Source: Eubacteriales bacterium
GTDB lineage: Bacteria > Bacillota > Clostridia > Oscillospirales > SIG627
Assembly: GCA_045531285.1 (NCBI GenBank)
Contig: JAZSDT010000043.1
Coordinates: forward strand, 1-56,477
Direction: 5' to 3'
DNA: 56,477 nucleotides
Part shown: piece by piece, positions 1 through 8,611 of the stretch
Numbering within the stretch: position 1 is the first letter of the stretch
How the letters are laid out: each line of letters starts with the position of its first letter
Position numbers and translations under genes: made by a program
The notes under the pieces: model-generated
What the model was told of the DNA's origin: nothing
Seen by the model: only the letters and a program-made list of their open reading frames with translations
Database searches by the model: none

Positions 1-106
1 CCAGTATATAAAAAAGCGGAGAGCCTCCGCGGGCAATGCTCGCCTATCGTAATCTTTGAGTATACCCATACAAAGCAAAACGGCGAGGTTGGTTTAATGC
101 AATTTA
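1..106 (+). repeat. intergenic structured repeat, copy 1 (sense = A-run/hairpin end first)
   Basis: AAAAAAGCGGAGAGCCTCCGCgGGCAATGCTCGCCTATC...AAACGGCGAGGTTgGTTTAATGCAATTT. Tandem with copy 2 at a 106-nt period. The array may continue left of the window. Confidence 0.9.
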
Positions 107-224
107 CCAGTATATAAAAAAGCGGAGAGCCTCCGCAGGCAATGCTCGCCTATCCCCATCTTTGAGTATACCCATACAAAGCAAAACGGCGAGGTTGCTC
201 CAATGCAATTTTTGGTATATAAAA
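107..224 (+). repeat. intergenic structured repeat, copy 2
   Basis: Near-identical to copy 1. Differences cluster after CTATC and in GGTT/GCTC. Confidence 0.9.
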
Positions 225-228
225 CACA

Positions 229-260
229 GTGGGACTGTAAAAAGCTTTTTACAGTCCCAC
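229..260. terminator. intrinsic terminator (perfect 16-bp palindrome)
   Basis: GTGGGACTGTAAAAAG/CTTTTTACAGTCCCAC lies 3 nt after the minus-strand stop. A U-rich tract follows on the minus strand. Confidence 0.75.
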
Positions 261-263
261 TTA

Positions 264-1625
264 TTAATTGTAACTATTACTTCGCCGTTTGGCATAGTAT
301 ATTCTTCTTTTTGTTCCCTTGGGCAGTCTTATTGTCCAGCTTTGAAGTCTGTTTCGGTTAGATACGTATTTATCAGGGAAGTCGTCTGCGTGCACCCATG
401 AGCCTGTAAAGCACAGGTCACGGAGACGGGGAAATTCGTTCAGATCTATTTGCCACTTGTCGGGTACTACGGTTGCACTTTCATTGCCCGAGAGTATAAT
501 GAGTGCGGCTCTAAGCCAGTCTGCCGTTCCCAGCTTCTTGTTACCCACGGTTATTTCGGTGGGTAAGAAGGTATTGTCGGGGATCTGTGAAGCAGAAGCA
601 CGCATTTCCTCGGCACTCACGCGCACAGGGTGAGGTATTGAATAGGGAATGTCAAGGAAGCCGTAAACCCTTTTACACTGATGTTCTGTCTTGCCCAGCA
701 GAAAATCTCGGCAGGCAAGGAGTATATCCGACAGACAGTAAGAATCGGGAAGCGTGACAGGGAAGAAATCCTCGTCAAGAGCCTTTTTAAGCTCGGAAAT
801 TTGAGAGGGAAGTATTACTCTGCTGCTTCTGTATTTGTCGGCAATTGCTCCGTAGGTTGTCGCATTAAAGCGCTTGTCGTTTTTGAGCTTATTGAGGAAG
901 TAAGCAAGGTTTTCTTCAAACAGCTTTACGTTCTCTTCGGGCACAAGGTCGCTGAGTATCCAATCGCCTTCAACGTTCTTACCCTTGTGGAAGTTCTGCA
1001 AATCACAGAAGGTTGTGACGGTGTTCTTCTGAGGGTGATGGTAGAAGATACAAATTTCAAGCTCTGCCATCTTGTCCATAAGGTCGTCTATCTGCTCTTT
1101 GGTGTAATAGGTAAATACGTCGAAGGAGTACATATACATCAGGGTGAGCATATTGCAAAAGCCTACGGGACGTCCCTTTACCTCGTCTCTGGTGAGACCT
1201 CCGTCGTAAATTTCAATACCCATATCCGAATATCCGTACTTTGCCACGTATGACACCGAGTCACCGGGAGGGCATGCGGCAGTAAAGCGTTCGTTATTGA
1301 GAATGCTCTGAGTTATTTTTATCGCTTCGTCCTCTTCCTTGCGAAAGAGCTTCATTGCCTGATTAAAATCTTCAAGGTCGGTATATTCATTGATCGTGGG
1401 ATGATAGGAGTGCTTGAGAGAGTGTGTGGTTATCTCGCATTTTCTTAATTCGTCAATTACGTCCTGTCTGCCCCATTTTACAAGTGATTGTGCAAGCCAT
1501 GCCACAACGTTGTGACAGGGAGTGTAGCCTGCCTCGCGAATCATTTTTGATGCTCTGAGTATGCCGTCGGCGCCCTTTGGATTTACGTAATCCTCTGTGT
1601 CAAAGCTGAAAATAAGGTCTGTCAT
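264..1625 (-). CDS. hypothetical protein; N-terminal glycoside-hydrolase/deacetylase-like barrel suspected
   Basis: 453-aa ORF with a GGAGAA RBS upstream of ATG 1625. The N-terminus FSFDTEDY resembles NodB/GH57-type folds. No signal peptide. Family not firmly recognised. Confidence 0.5.
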   Translation of the reverse strand: MTDLIFSFDTEDYVNPKGADGILRASKMIREAGYTPCHNVVAWLAQSLVKWGRQDVIDELRKCEITTHSLKHSYHPTINEYTDLEDFNQAMKLFRKEEDEAIKITQSILNNERFTAACPPGDSVSYVAKYGYSDMGIEIYDGGLTRDEVKGRPVGFCNMLTLMYMYSFDVFTYYTKEQIDDLMDKMAELEICIFYHHPQKNTVTTFCDLQNFHKGKNVEGDWILSDLVPEENVKLFEENLAYFLNKLKNDKRFNATTYGAIADKYRSSRVILPSQISELKKALDEDFFPVTLPDSYCLSDILLACRDFLLGKTEHQCKRVYGFLDIPYSIPHPVRVSAEEMRASASQIPDNTFLPTEITVGNKKLGTADWLRAALIILSGNESATVVPDKWQIDLNEFPRLRDLCFTGSWVHADDFPDKYVSNRNRLQSWTIRLPKGTKRRIYYAKRRSNSYN

Positions 1626-1638
1626 AGTATTCTCCGTA

Positions 1639-2010
1639 TCAGTTGAGGGGTATTGCGGGAGTCTCGTTTTCTTCGGGTACTATCTGAAGGATGGGAAGCT
1701 CCTTGTCATCAAGTGCAGGACCTTCGGTTTCTGTGGGAGTTGGATCCTCGGAAGGAAGGGGAGTTACTTCCTCGGGAATCTCCTGGTCGTCCATAAGCTC
1801 GGGAGGTATTATGGGAGTTTCAACGGGACCGTCTGCCCAAGGAAGCTCAGGAAGCTCGCCTTCGTCTATATCAGAAGGAGTTGCGGTTTCATCGGTCTGT
1901 TCTGTTTCGGTTTTTACGTCGTCTATTTTCTCTTCGTCAACCTTTGTTGCTATACAGGAAGCAAGAGAAAGAGAGAGCGCGAGAATAAGTAATACTGTAA
2001 TCTTTTTCAT
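1639..2010 (-). CDS. acidic Pro/Glu/Thr-rich lipoprotein
   Basis: The N-terminus MKKITVLLILALSLSLASC is a signal peptide with a lipobox Cys. The rest is low-complexity and acidic. AAAGGA RBS. The gene lies 13 nt upstream of the next gene. Confidence 0.7.
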   Translation of the reverse strand: MKKITVLLILALSLSLASCIATKVDEEKIDDVKTETEQTDETATPSDIDEGELPELPWADGPVETPIIPPELMDDQEIPEEVTPLPSEDPTPTETEGPALDDKELPILQIVPEENETPAIPLN

Positions 2011-2109
2011 TTTTTTAGTTCCTTTCGGTTTTTTGTAATTTTACCATAGTTTAAGTATTTTGTAAAGTACAATTTATGCATATTCCAATAACTTTTTATC
2101 CAATTTCCA

Positions 2110-2137
2110 TTGACAAGATAAGAATTAATGATATAAA
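2110..2137 (+). promoter_or_regulatory. sigma-A promoter of the GH20-like gene
   Basis: TTGACA (2110-2115), 16-nt spacer, TGaTATAAA. Confidence 0.55.
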
Positions 2138-2169
2138 ATAAAAGAAAAAAGGAAAAGAGGTACAAAACA

Positions 2170-3162
2170 ATGATTTGGGCGCTTTACGCAACTTTGGGAA
2201 CAAATATGTGGACGGTTGAGAGACAGGAGCTTGACTTTACCGATACCGCATGGGAAAAGATAGTTAACGCAGCACATGAGGCTGAACTTAATATGATAGT
2301 GCTTGACATTGGAGAGGGCATTCACTGGGGTTCTCACCCCGAGCTTGCAAAGAAGGGCGCTTGGACAAGAACAAGAGTAAGACAGGAGGTAAAGCGTCTT
2401 CGTGAAATGGGCATTGCTCTTATTCCCAAGATGAATTTCTCCGCAACTCACGACCTTTGGCTTGGTGAATACAGAAAGATGATGTGCACACAGACTTATT
2501 ATAACGTTTGCCGCGACCTTATCAGCGAGGCATACGAGCTGTTTGACCATCCCGAATATATACATCTGGGTATGGACGAGGAGGCGAATCACGCTATTCT
2601 CAACGGTCACAGCGGTCTTATCCGTTTTAGAAAGGGCGAACAGCTTTGGCATGACCTGCAGTTCCTTATTGACTGCGTGAGAGATACGGGTGCTACTCCT
2701 TGGATATGGTCAGATAACTGCTTTGAGAATCCCGAGGAATTCCGCGCTCATATTCCTGCATCCGAGGATATTATGCTGTCTCCTTGGTATTACCTTGCAC
2801 TCAGAGAAGAAAACTACACCGTCATCAACGACGTTGAAATGTACCGTGAGTACTATTCAAAGCCTCCGTTTGACAAAATGGACCTTTATTACGTTGAGGA
2901 TGACCCCTTCTGCGTGCTCTTCCGTGAGCAAGCTATAAAGGCTGCAGCAGACGGCTACGGCGTTGTACCCTGCGGTTCAACCTACAATAAGATTGAATCC
3001 AATCACGATGATCTTCTTTACTATTTTAAGACTAATGCTCCCGAGTCATCTGTAAAGGGCTTTATGACTGCACCTTGGTTACATACGGTTGACGATAAGG
3101 TGGACGAAATAATCAGAGGTATCAAGAAGCTTGCAGACGCAAGAGCTAAGTACTACAACTAA
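2170..3162 (+). CDS. GH20-like TIM-barrel glycosidase-like protein
   Basis: 330 aa. The HLGMDEE motif resembles the H-x-G-G-D-E catalytic motif of GH20 hexosaminidase-type barrels. No signal peptide. Confidence 0.45.
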   Translation: MIWALYATLGTNMWTVERQELDFTDTAWEKIVNAAHEAELNMIVLDIGEGIHWGSHPELAKKGAWTRTRVRQEVKRLREMGIALIPKMNFSATHDLWLGEYRKMMCTQTYYNVCRDLISEAYELFDHPEYIHLGMDEEANHAILNGHSGLIRFRKGEQLWHDLQFLIDCVRDTGATPWIWSDNCFENPEEFRAHIPASEDIMLSPWYYLALREENYTVINDVEMYREYYSKPPFDKMDLYYVEDDPFCVLFREQAIKAAADGYGVVPCGSTYNKIESNHDDLLYYFKTNAPESSVKGFMTAPWLHTVDDKVDEIIRGIKKLADARAKYYN

Positions 3163-3189
3163 AACTGTTATCTTTTGGAGGGTGCTGTT

Positions 3190-5502
3190 ATGGAAGCCTA
3201 CAGAGAATTATACGTGTCGCCTGTCGGCAATGACGGAGCAGACGGCAGTGAAAAGTATCCTTTTGCCACGGTCGAGAGGGCAGTAGATGCCCTTGCAGAC
3301 GTGGAGGGAGACGTAAGAATAAATCTTTTGCCCGGAGTTTATGACCTTAAAAAAACGCTGGTGTTCAATCAGGTAAACAGCGGAAACAGAAAAATAGTTA
3401 TTAAAGGAAATAACAGCACTGTTTTCGGGGGCATCAGAGTTACGGGCTGGGAAAAGCACAGTGATAAAATTTACAAAGCACGTCTCGACGTTCCCGACGT
3501 GAGAAATCTTTACGTCAACACCTTTCCTGCGCAAAGGGCGAGAAGCAAGTATAAATACAATATTGACGCCCTTTATTCAAAGGATGACGAGCCTTGCGGT
3601 ATTCTTGTGGGTGAGAAAAATTTCCCCAAGAACTTCTACAAATGGCAGGATATTGAGATAGTCAACAACTATGAATGGGAGTCGCACAGATATCGTATAA
3701 CCGATTACAGATACCTTCCCGAAAGCCATCAGTACGTGTTTGAGCTTGATTTAAGCTCGGCGTATTTAAGAAGATTAGGAAGCTTTACGAAGAGCTTTTA
3801 TCTTGAAAACGACCTGTCTTTTTTAAAAAATCAGGGTGACTTCTACTACGACAAAGCAGAAAAGACCATATACTATTATCCCTATGACAGCGAGGATATG
3901 TCAACGGCACAGACCTACGTAGGCGGTAAGGAAATGTTTGTCCACATTCTCGGCACTTCTGAGGAAAAGGCGGGGAACATCACCTTTGACGGAATTCGTT
4001 TTTCGGGCGGTGCTTGCAACGTGCTTACACAAAAGGGCTACAGATGCCGACAGTCTGATGCTATGGATTCCGGATTCCCCGAGCTGACGGGCGAAACACC
4101 AGAGGAGGGCTGTTTTAGTATAAACACCTCCCAGTTCAGAATGAATTTTGCCCAAAACGTTGTAGTTAAAAACTGCGAATTCATCAATATGGGCTCTGCT
4201 GTTATGGCAATGCACGACAGTGTAAGTAACGTGCTTATTGAGGGAAATATTTTTAGAGACTCATCGGCAGTAGCCATACGAATAGGCAACGCGGACCACA
4301 AGGTAAAGCGTGAGGGTATTGAGGTTTGCTCTGACATTACTGTGAAGAACAACGTTATTGCAAGAATGTGCGGAGAGCTTTACAACAACTGCGCTATCAG
4401 TATTTATTACGAAAAGGATATCAGGATAATCAACAACCTTATTACCGATCAGCCCTACACCGGTGTATCTGTCAGCTGGGGCTGGAACGGTGCTCCGGGA
4501 TACGATTGCCGTAACATTGAAGTGGCAAACAATCACATTCGTCGTGTTATGGGTGTACTCAATGACGGAGGCTGTGTTTACACTCTTTGCGGTGTAAAGG
4601 GCGGAAGTATTCACGATAACTTCTTTGAGGACAGCCGTGACAGAGGCTTGTACAATGATGCGGGAAGTGCTCACATCAATTCCTACAACAACGTTATCGT
4701 GGGATGCAAGTACTTCATTCAGGTTCAGGAGCTGAAATACTCCACCAAGGACATTAAGGTGTACAACAATTTCGCAGATACTCTCAGAACTCTCGGCCCT
4801 AAAGACAAGGGTACTGTGGAGGTAAAGCGTCCTGTATTGGTTGATAGAAACAACCTTCCCCGTGAGGCAAGGGCTATCGTTGAAAAAGCAGGTCCTCAGG
4901 GAGAGTATGCGGTGCTTGAAGAAAGAGTGGCCATACCTCAATGGCACAGACTGAGAACGTGGGAAAGAGTTACAAACACCTTTGTCAGCAAGAGTGATGC
5001 ACAGATTGCAAAGCTGAAGAGAATAATCGAAGCCGAGGACTTTATGGAAGGTGGAGAGGGAGTGGGCTATCACAAGACTCTCAAGCCTGTAAAGAACAAC
5101 AATGCCTACCGTCCCGACGAGGTAAGAATGTATAACAATCCTGCTGTTATGAGCTACGTTATACAGATGGATGAGCCCGGCGAATGGCTGAACTACAAGT
5201 ATGACGTTCCCGAAACAGACGATTATTATATCGATATGATGGCGCGTCCTGCAAGACAAGAGGGAATTCTTGCAAAATGGTATATCGACGGAGAATTTCT
5301 CACCGACGTGCCCATTGTTTACAACGATCCCGAATATACTACGGTAACTGTAGGTCCCTTCCGTATTGAAAAGGGTGAGCACATATTTAAAATGGAATTT
5401 GCCATCCCCTTCTATTTTGACAAATTCAGAATCTACACAGGTAAGGAAGCTCCTGTCCCCGAAGAGCTTTATTATACCACTGACGAGGATTTTGATGAAT
5501 GA
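3190..5502 (+). CDS. right-handed parallel beta-helix protein with C-terminal CBM6/35-like carbohydrate-binding module
   Basis: The start was moved to ATG 3190 (GGAGGG RBS at 3177-3182); the track's TTG 3175 overlaps that RBS. The N-terminus YVSPVGNDGADGSEKYPFATV is DUF1565-like. Repeated NN-V/I-I motifs are present. The C-terminus IEAEDF...GEWLNYKYDV is CBM6-like. Confidence 0.7.
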   Translation: MEAYRELYVSPVGNDGADGSEKYPFATVERAVDALADVEGDVRINLLPGVYDLKKTLVFNQVNSGNRKIVIKGNNSTVFGGIRVTGWEKHSDKIYKARLDVPDVRNLYVNTFPAQRARSKYKYNIDALYSKDDEPCGILVGEKNFPKNFYKWQDIEIVNNYEWESHRYRITDYRYLPESHQYVFELDLSSAYLRRLGSFTKSFYLENDLSFLKNQGDFYYDKAEKTIYYYPYDSEDMSTAQTYVGGKEMFVHILGTSEEKAGNITFDGIRFSGGACNVLTQKGYRCRQSDAMDSGFPELTGETPEEGCFSINTSQFRMNFAQNVVVKNCEFINMGSAVMAMHDSVSNVLIEGNIFRDSSAVAIRIGNADHKVKREGIEVCSDITVKNNVIARMCGELYNNCAISIYYEKDIRIINNLITDQPYTGVSVSWGWNGAPGYDCRNIEVANNHIRRVMGVLNDGGCVYTLCGVKGGSIHDNFFEDSRDRGLYNDAGSAHINSYNNVIVGCKYFIQVQELKYSTKDIKVYNNFADTLRTLGPKDKGTVEVKRPVLVDRNNLPREARAIVEKAGPQGEYAVLEERVAIPQWHRLRTWERVTNTFVSKSDAQIAKLKRIIEAEDFMEGGEGVGYHKTLKPVKNNNAYRPDEVRMYNNPAVMSYVIQMDEPGEWLNYKYDVPETDDYYIDMMARPARQEGILAKWYIDGEFLTDVPIVYNDPEYTTVTVGPFRIEKGEHIFKMEFAIPFYFDKFRIYTGKEAPVPEELYYTTDEDFDE

Positions 5503-5511
5503 GGTAACAAA

Positions 5512-6702
5512 ATGAAAATAACAGTGCTTGGCGATATGATGTGTGAGCCTCCTATATTGAAGGCGTCAAAAACAAAAGACGGCTATGACTTTGGCGGAGT
5601 ATTTGCTAAAATCAAGCCTATGTTTGACGAATCTGATTACGTCATAACTAATCTTGAATTTCCCATGGCAGGCGAGGAGGCAGGATATACCGACAGATTC
5701 TATGCTTTCAATGCTCCCGATTCCTACGCAACAGCCGTAAAGGAGGCAGGAGTTGACCTTGTTTCCACAGTGAACAATCACACCTTTGACAGGGGTGCCA
5801 AGGGTATGCTTCGCACAATTGAGGTTCTTGACCGTGTAGGTCTTGCACATACAGGCACATTTCCCCTTGGCAAGAGGGAGGAAGCGTATTATTTTGAGCT
5901 TGACGGCGTTAAGTTCGCTCTTGTTGCATATACTTATACCACAAACAAGGGTGTATATGGAGAGGATGCAAAATACCTAGAGTGTGTAAACTATCTCAAG
6001 CCTTTGAATATGAGGACCTATCTCCCCGAGGTATCCGCAAAAATGAAGACATGGGTAGATAAGCGCTTTCCCAAAATGAAGGAGGAGCACAGAGCAATAA
6101 TAAAAATGGCTGTAGGGTTGCCCAATACCATCGAAAGAGCCGACGATTATATTAACGAAGAGGAATCAGCACCCTACATTGCTCAATTTACCGAGGATAT
6201 TAAAAAGGCAAAGGAAAAGGCAGATATAGTTATTTGCTATCCTCACGTCGGCGGTCAGTTCAACCCCGTCCCCGGAAAGTTTTCCGAATATGTGGTAGCT
6301 CAGGCACTCAAGGCGGGAGCTGATACGGTTTTGGCAGGTCATTCCCATATGGTACAACCTGTAAAATACATTGACGGCGTGCTTTGCGCATATTCCCTGG
6401 GCAATTTCAGTATGTCACCGAACTCCACTATTATTGTAAAGAAAAATCTTCCCGAATACAGTCTTGCAATTCATCTTTACGTTGAATCGGGCAGAATTTC
6501 CAACGCTACGTTTTCAATACTTAAGGCGGTGGAAAAGAGAGGCAAACAGCTTGTGACCTACCCTGTGGACGTGCTTTACAGCGAGCTTAAGAGCGAGAAA
6601 GAAAAGGAGCTTTTGAAAAAGCACGTTGCCCAGGTGTACAAATATGCAACGGGCAAGGAGCTTACCGACGGCATACAAAAGGAATACGACTTAAAGGCAT
6701 AA
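5512..6702 (+). CDS. CapA-family metallophosphatase-like protein (poly-gamma-glutamate capsule synthesis family)
   Basis: The N-terminus ITVLGDMM...DYVITNLEFP...VDLVSTVNNHTFD is typical of the PGA_cap/CapA family. Confidence 0.7.
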   Translation: MKITVLGDMMCEPPILKASKTKDGYDFGGVFAKIKPMFDESDYVITNLEFPMAGEEAGYTDRFYAFNAPDSYATAVKEAGVDLVSTVNNHTFDRGAKGMLRTIEVLDRVGLAHTGTFPLGKREEAYYFELDGVKFALVAYTYTTNKGVYGEDAKYLECVNYLKPLNMRTYLPEVSAKMKTWVDKRFPKMKEEHRAIIKMAVGLPNTIERADDYINEEESAPYIAQFTEDIKKAKEKADIVICYPHVGGQFNPVPGKFSEYVVAQALKAGADTVLAGHSHMVQPVKYIDGVLCAYSLGNFSMSPNSTIIVKKNLPEYSLAIHLYVESGRISNATFSILKAVEKRGKQLVTYPVDVLYSELKSEKEKELLKKHVAQVYKYATGKELTDGIQKEYDLKA

Positions 6703-6800
6703 AAAGCGGAGAGCCTTTGCTGGCAATTCTCGCCTATCGGTATGAATCAATAACTAATTGCAGAAAAACAGCGAGGTTGTGTTAAACACAATTTACGAGC
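6700..6800 (+). repeat. intergenic structured repeat, copy 3 (degenerate)
   Basis: AAAAAGCGGAGAGCCTTTGCTGGCAATTCTCGCCTATC...AACAGCGAGGTTGTGTTAAAC. It begins at the capA-like TAA stop. Confidence 0.75.
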
Positions 6801-6840
6801 AAAAAGCTTCCGTGTGCATTTTGCACACGGAAGCTTTTTA
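6801..6840. terminator. bidirectional intrinsic terminator between capA-like and putP
   Basis: AAGCTTCCGTGTGCA-ttt-TGCACACGGAAGCTT, flanked by an A-run and a T-run. Confidence 0.85.
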
Positions 6841-6885
6841 TATATTAGGAAATTGCATTAAACTAATCTCGCCGCCTTTTATGTG
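6838..6885 (-). repeat. intergenic structured repeat, copy 4 (half element)
   Basis: The plus strand reads TATATATTAGGAAATTGCATTAAACTAATCTCGCCGCC. Only the GGAAATTGCATT/CTCGCC arm is present. Confidence 0.7.
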
Positions 6886-6900
6886 ATAGTTGAAAACTGA

Positions 6901-8394
6901 TTATTCGGCAACGGGAGACGTTGCTTCGTCGAATATATCGGTAATTTCCTTCGAAGGTGCCTTGTCAAGAAGTGTAACAACAATTGATACTACCATGCTT
7001 ACGATAAATCCGGGGATAATTTCGTAAATACCTGTACCCGAAAGGAATGCAAGCCAAAGCACGTCCACAAGAGCTCCTGAGATAACGCCCGCAAGAGCAC
7101 CCTTGTAAGTAAACCTTCTCCAAAATACAGAGAGGATAACCACGGAGCCGAAAGCCGAGCCAAAGCCTGCCCACGCATTTTCAACAAGATTCATTATGGC
7201 TTGAGCGCCTTCGCCCTTACTGCTTGCGATGAAATAAGCCACAACCGCAACTGCAAGGACAACTACACGGCCAACCCAAAGTATTTCTTTATTTGAAGCG
7301 TTTTTTCTTATGATGGGCTTGTATATATCCGACGTGAATGAAGACGATGCAACAAGGAGCTGGCTGTCGGCCGTTGACATTGAAGCTGCGATAATAGCAG
7401 CGAGAAGCACACCTGAAACTGCAGCAGGGAAGAGGTTGCGTGAGAGCTGAACAAATACCATTTTTTGTTGACCGTTTGCAAGAAGCTCTTCACCTATAAG
7501 AATTCTTCCAAATACAGCGATGAAAATAACAGCAATAAGTGCAAGAATAACCCATGTGATAGCAACTACAGAGGACTTTTTCACCATTGAAGGCTTTTTG
7601 ATAGACATAAATCTAACAAGGATGTGGGGCATACCGAAGTAGCCGAGTCCCCAGGCAAGACCGCTTATTATTTCTTTTATCGGAGCACCGAAGAAGCTCT
7701 TTTCAAAGGCGTATACAGTGCCATCGTTAGCGGTAACGGCAACGTCCAAAGCAGATACATCAAGATTTTTTGTAAGTACAATGATAATCGGAACTGCAAG
7801 TACAGCTACCAGCATAAGAATTCCCTGGAAGAAGTCTGTCCAACAAACTGCCTTATAGCCGCCAAGGAAAGTATAGACAATAAGTATAGCGGCGAATATT
7901 ACCATTGCCACGCTTCTGTTAACGTTGGGGAAAAGAGCGGTGAAAACGTCCGTTCCTGCAACGAATGCCGAAGCAACATATACAGTAAAGCATACAAGGA
8001 AAACTACAGCACAAGTAATCTGAAGCCCCTTACCCTTAGTTACAAACCTGTTTGAAAGATACTGAGGAAGGGTGATAGAGTCACCTGCCGCTTGCGAGAA
8101 GCGTCTGAGACGTCGTGCAATAAGTATCCAGTTGAGAGCCGTACCTATGGCAAGACCGATGCCAATCCATGCCTGACCGAGACCAAAGGCCAGAATGCTT
8201 CCGGGCAAGCCCATAAGAAGCCAAGCACTCATGTCGGATGCTTGAGCACTCATAGCGGTTACCCAAGGGCCCATTGACTTTCCGCCAAGGAAGTAATCCT
8301 TGTCGGATGTACTTTTGCTGCGCAAGAAAAGAACAACACCGATTCCGAGCATAGCAACAAAATAAATTATAAGAACGATAAATTCCCAGTTCAA
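6901..8394 (-). CDS. putP: sodium:proline symporter (SSF family)
   Basis: 497 aa and multi-TM. DYFLGGKSMGPWVTAMSAQASDMSAWLLMGLPG is the PutP/SSF signature region. TTG start with a GAGAGG RBS. Confidence 0.85.
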   Translation of the reverse strand: MNWEFIVLIIYFVAMLGIGVVLFLRSKSTSDKDYFLGGKSMGPWVTAMSAQASDMSAWLLMGLPGSILAFGLGQAWIGIGLAIGTALNWILIARRLRRFSQAAGDSITLPQYLSNRFVTKGKGLQITCAVVFLVCFTVYVASAFVAGTDVFTALFPNVNRSVAMVIFAAILIVYTFLGGYKAVCWTDFFQGILMLVAVLAVPIIIVLTKNLDVSALDVAVTANDGTVYAFEKSFFGAPIKEIISGLAWGLGYFGMPHILVRFMSIKKPSMVKKSSVVAITWVILALIAVIFIAVFGRILIGEELLANGQQKMVFVQLSRNLFPAAVSGVLLAAIIAASMSTADSQLLVASSSFTSDIYKPIIRKNASNKEILWVGRVVVLAVAVVAYFIASSKGEGAQAIMNLVENAWAGFGSAFGSVVILSVFWRRFTYKGALAGVISGALVDVLWLAFLSGTGIYEIIPGFIVSMVVSIVVTLLDKAPSKEITDIFDEATSPVAE

Positions 8395-8554
8395 AATAAC
8401 AACCTCTCTTTCGAGTATAAATTAATGATTTATTTTATCACAAAACGAAGAATTTATCAAGCTTTTTCAAGTATTTTGGTAAATTTGTATAAATTTTGTG
8501 ACAAAGTATCCGTGTATACAATGGCAAATTTGTTTTAGTTGACAAAGTATTATG

Positions 8555-8583
8555 TTGACAAATCCTGTCCTGAGTGATAAAAT
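8555..8583 (+). promoter_or_regulatory. sigma-A promoter of the anion permease gene
   Basis: TTGACA (8555-8560), 17-nt spacer, TGaTAAAAT (8575-8583). Confidence 0.6.
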
Positions 8584-8611
8584 TTTAAAAAAAGATTAGA
8601 AAGCGAAGAAA

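Noticed and set aside
1-224. The tandem 106-nt repeats, and similar tandems at 21971-22181 and 43691-43933, as a possible CRISPR array
   Set aside because: The units are about 106 nt and directly abutting, with no unique spacers of CRISPR size. The same unit is scattered singly at many gene 3' ends. No cas genes are present.
4261-5382. A 373-aa minus-strand ORF inside the beta-helix/CBM gene
   Set aside because: It is an antisense shadow ORF of a gene with clear domain motifs, with no start context. The same reasoning applies to 30491-31180(-), 23233-23895(+), 55545-55940(-), 10275-10910(+) and 54038-54634(+).
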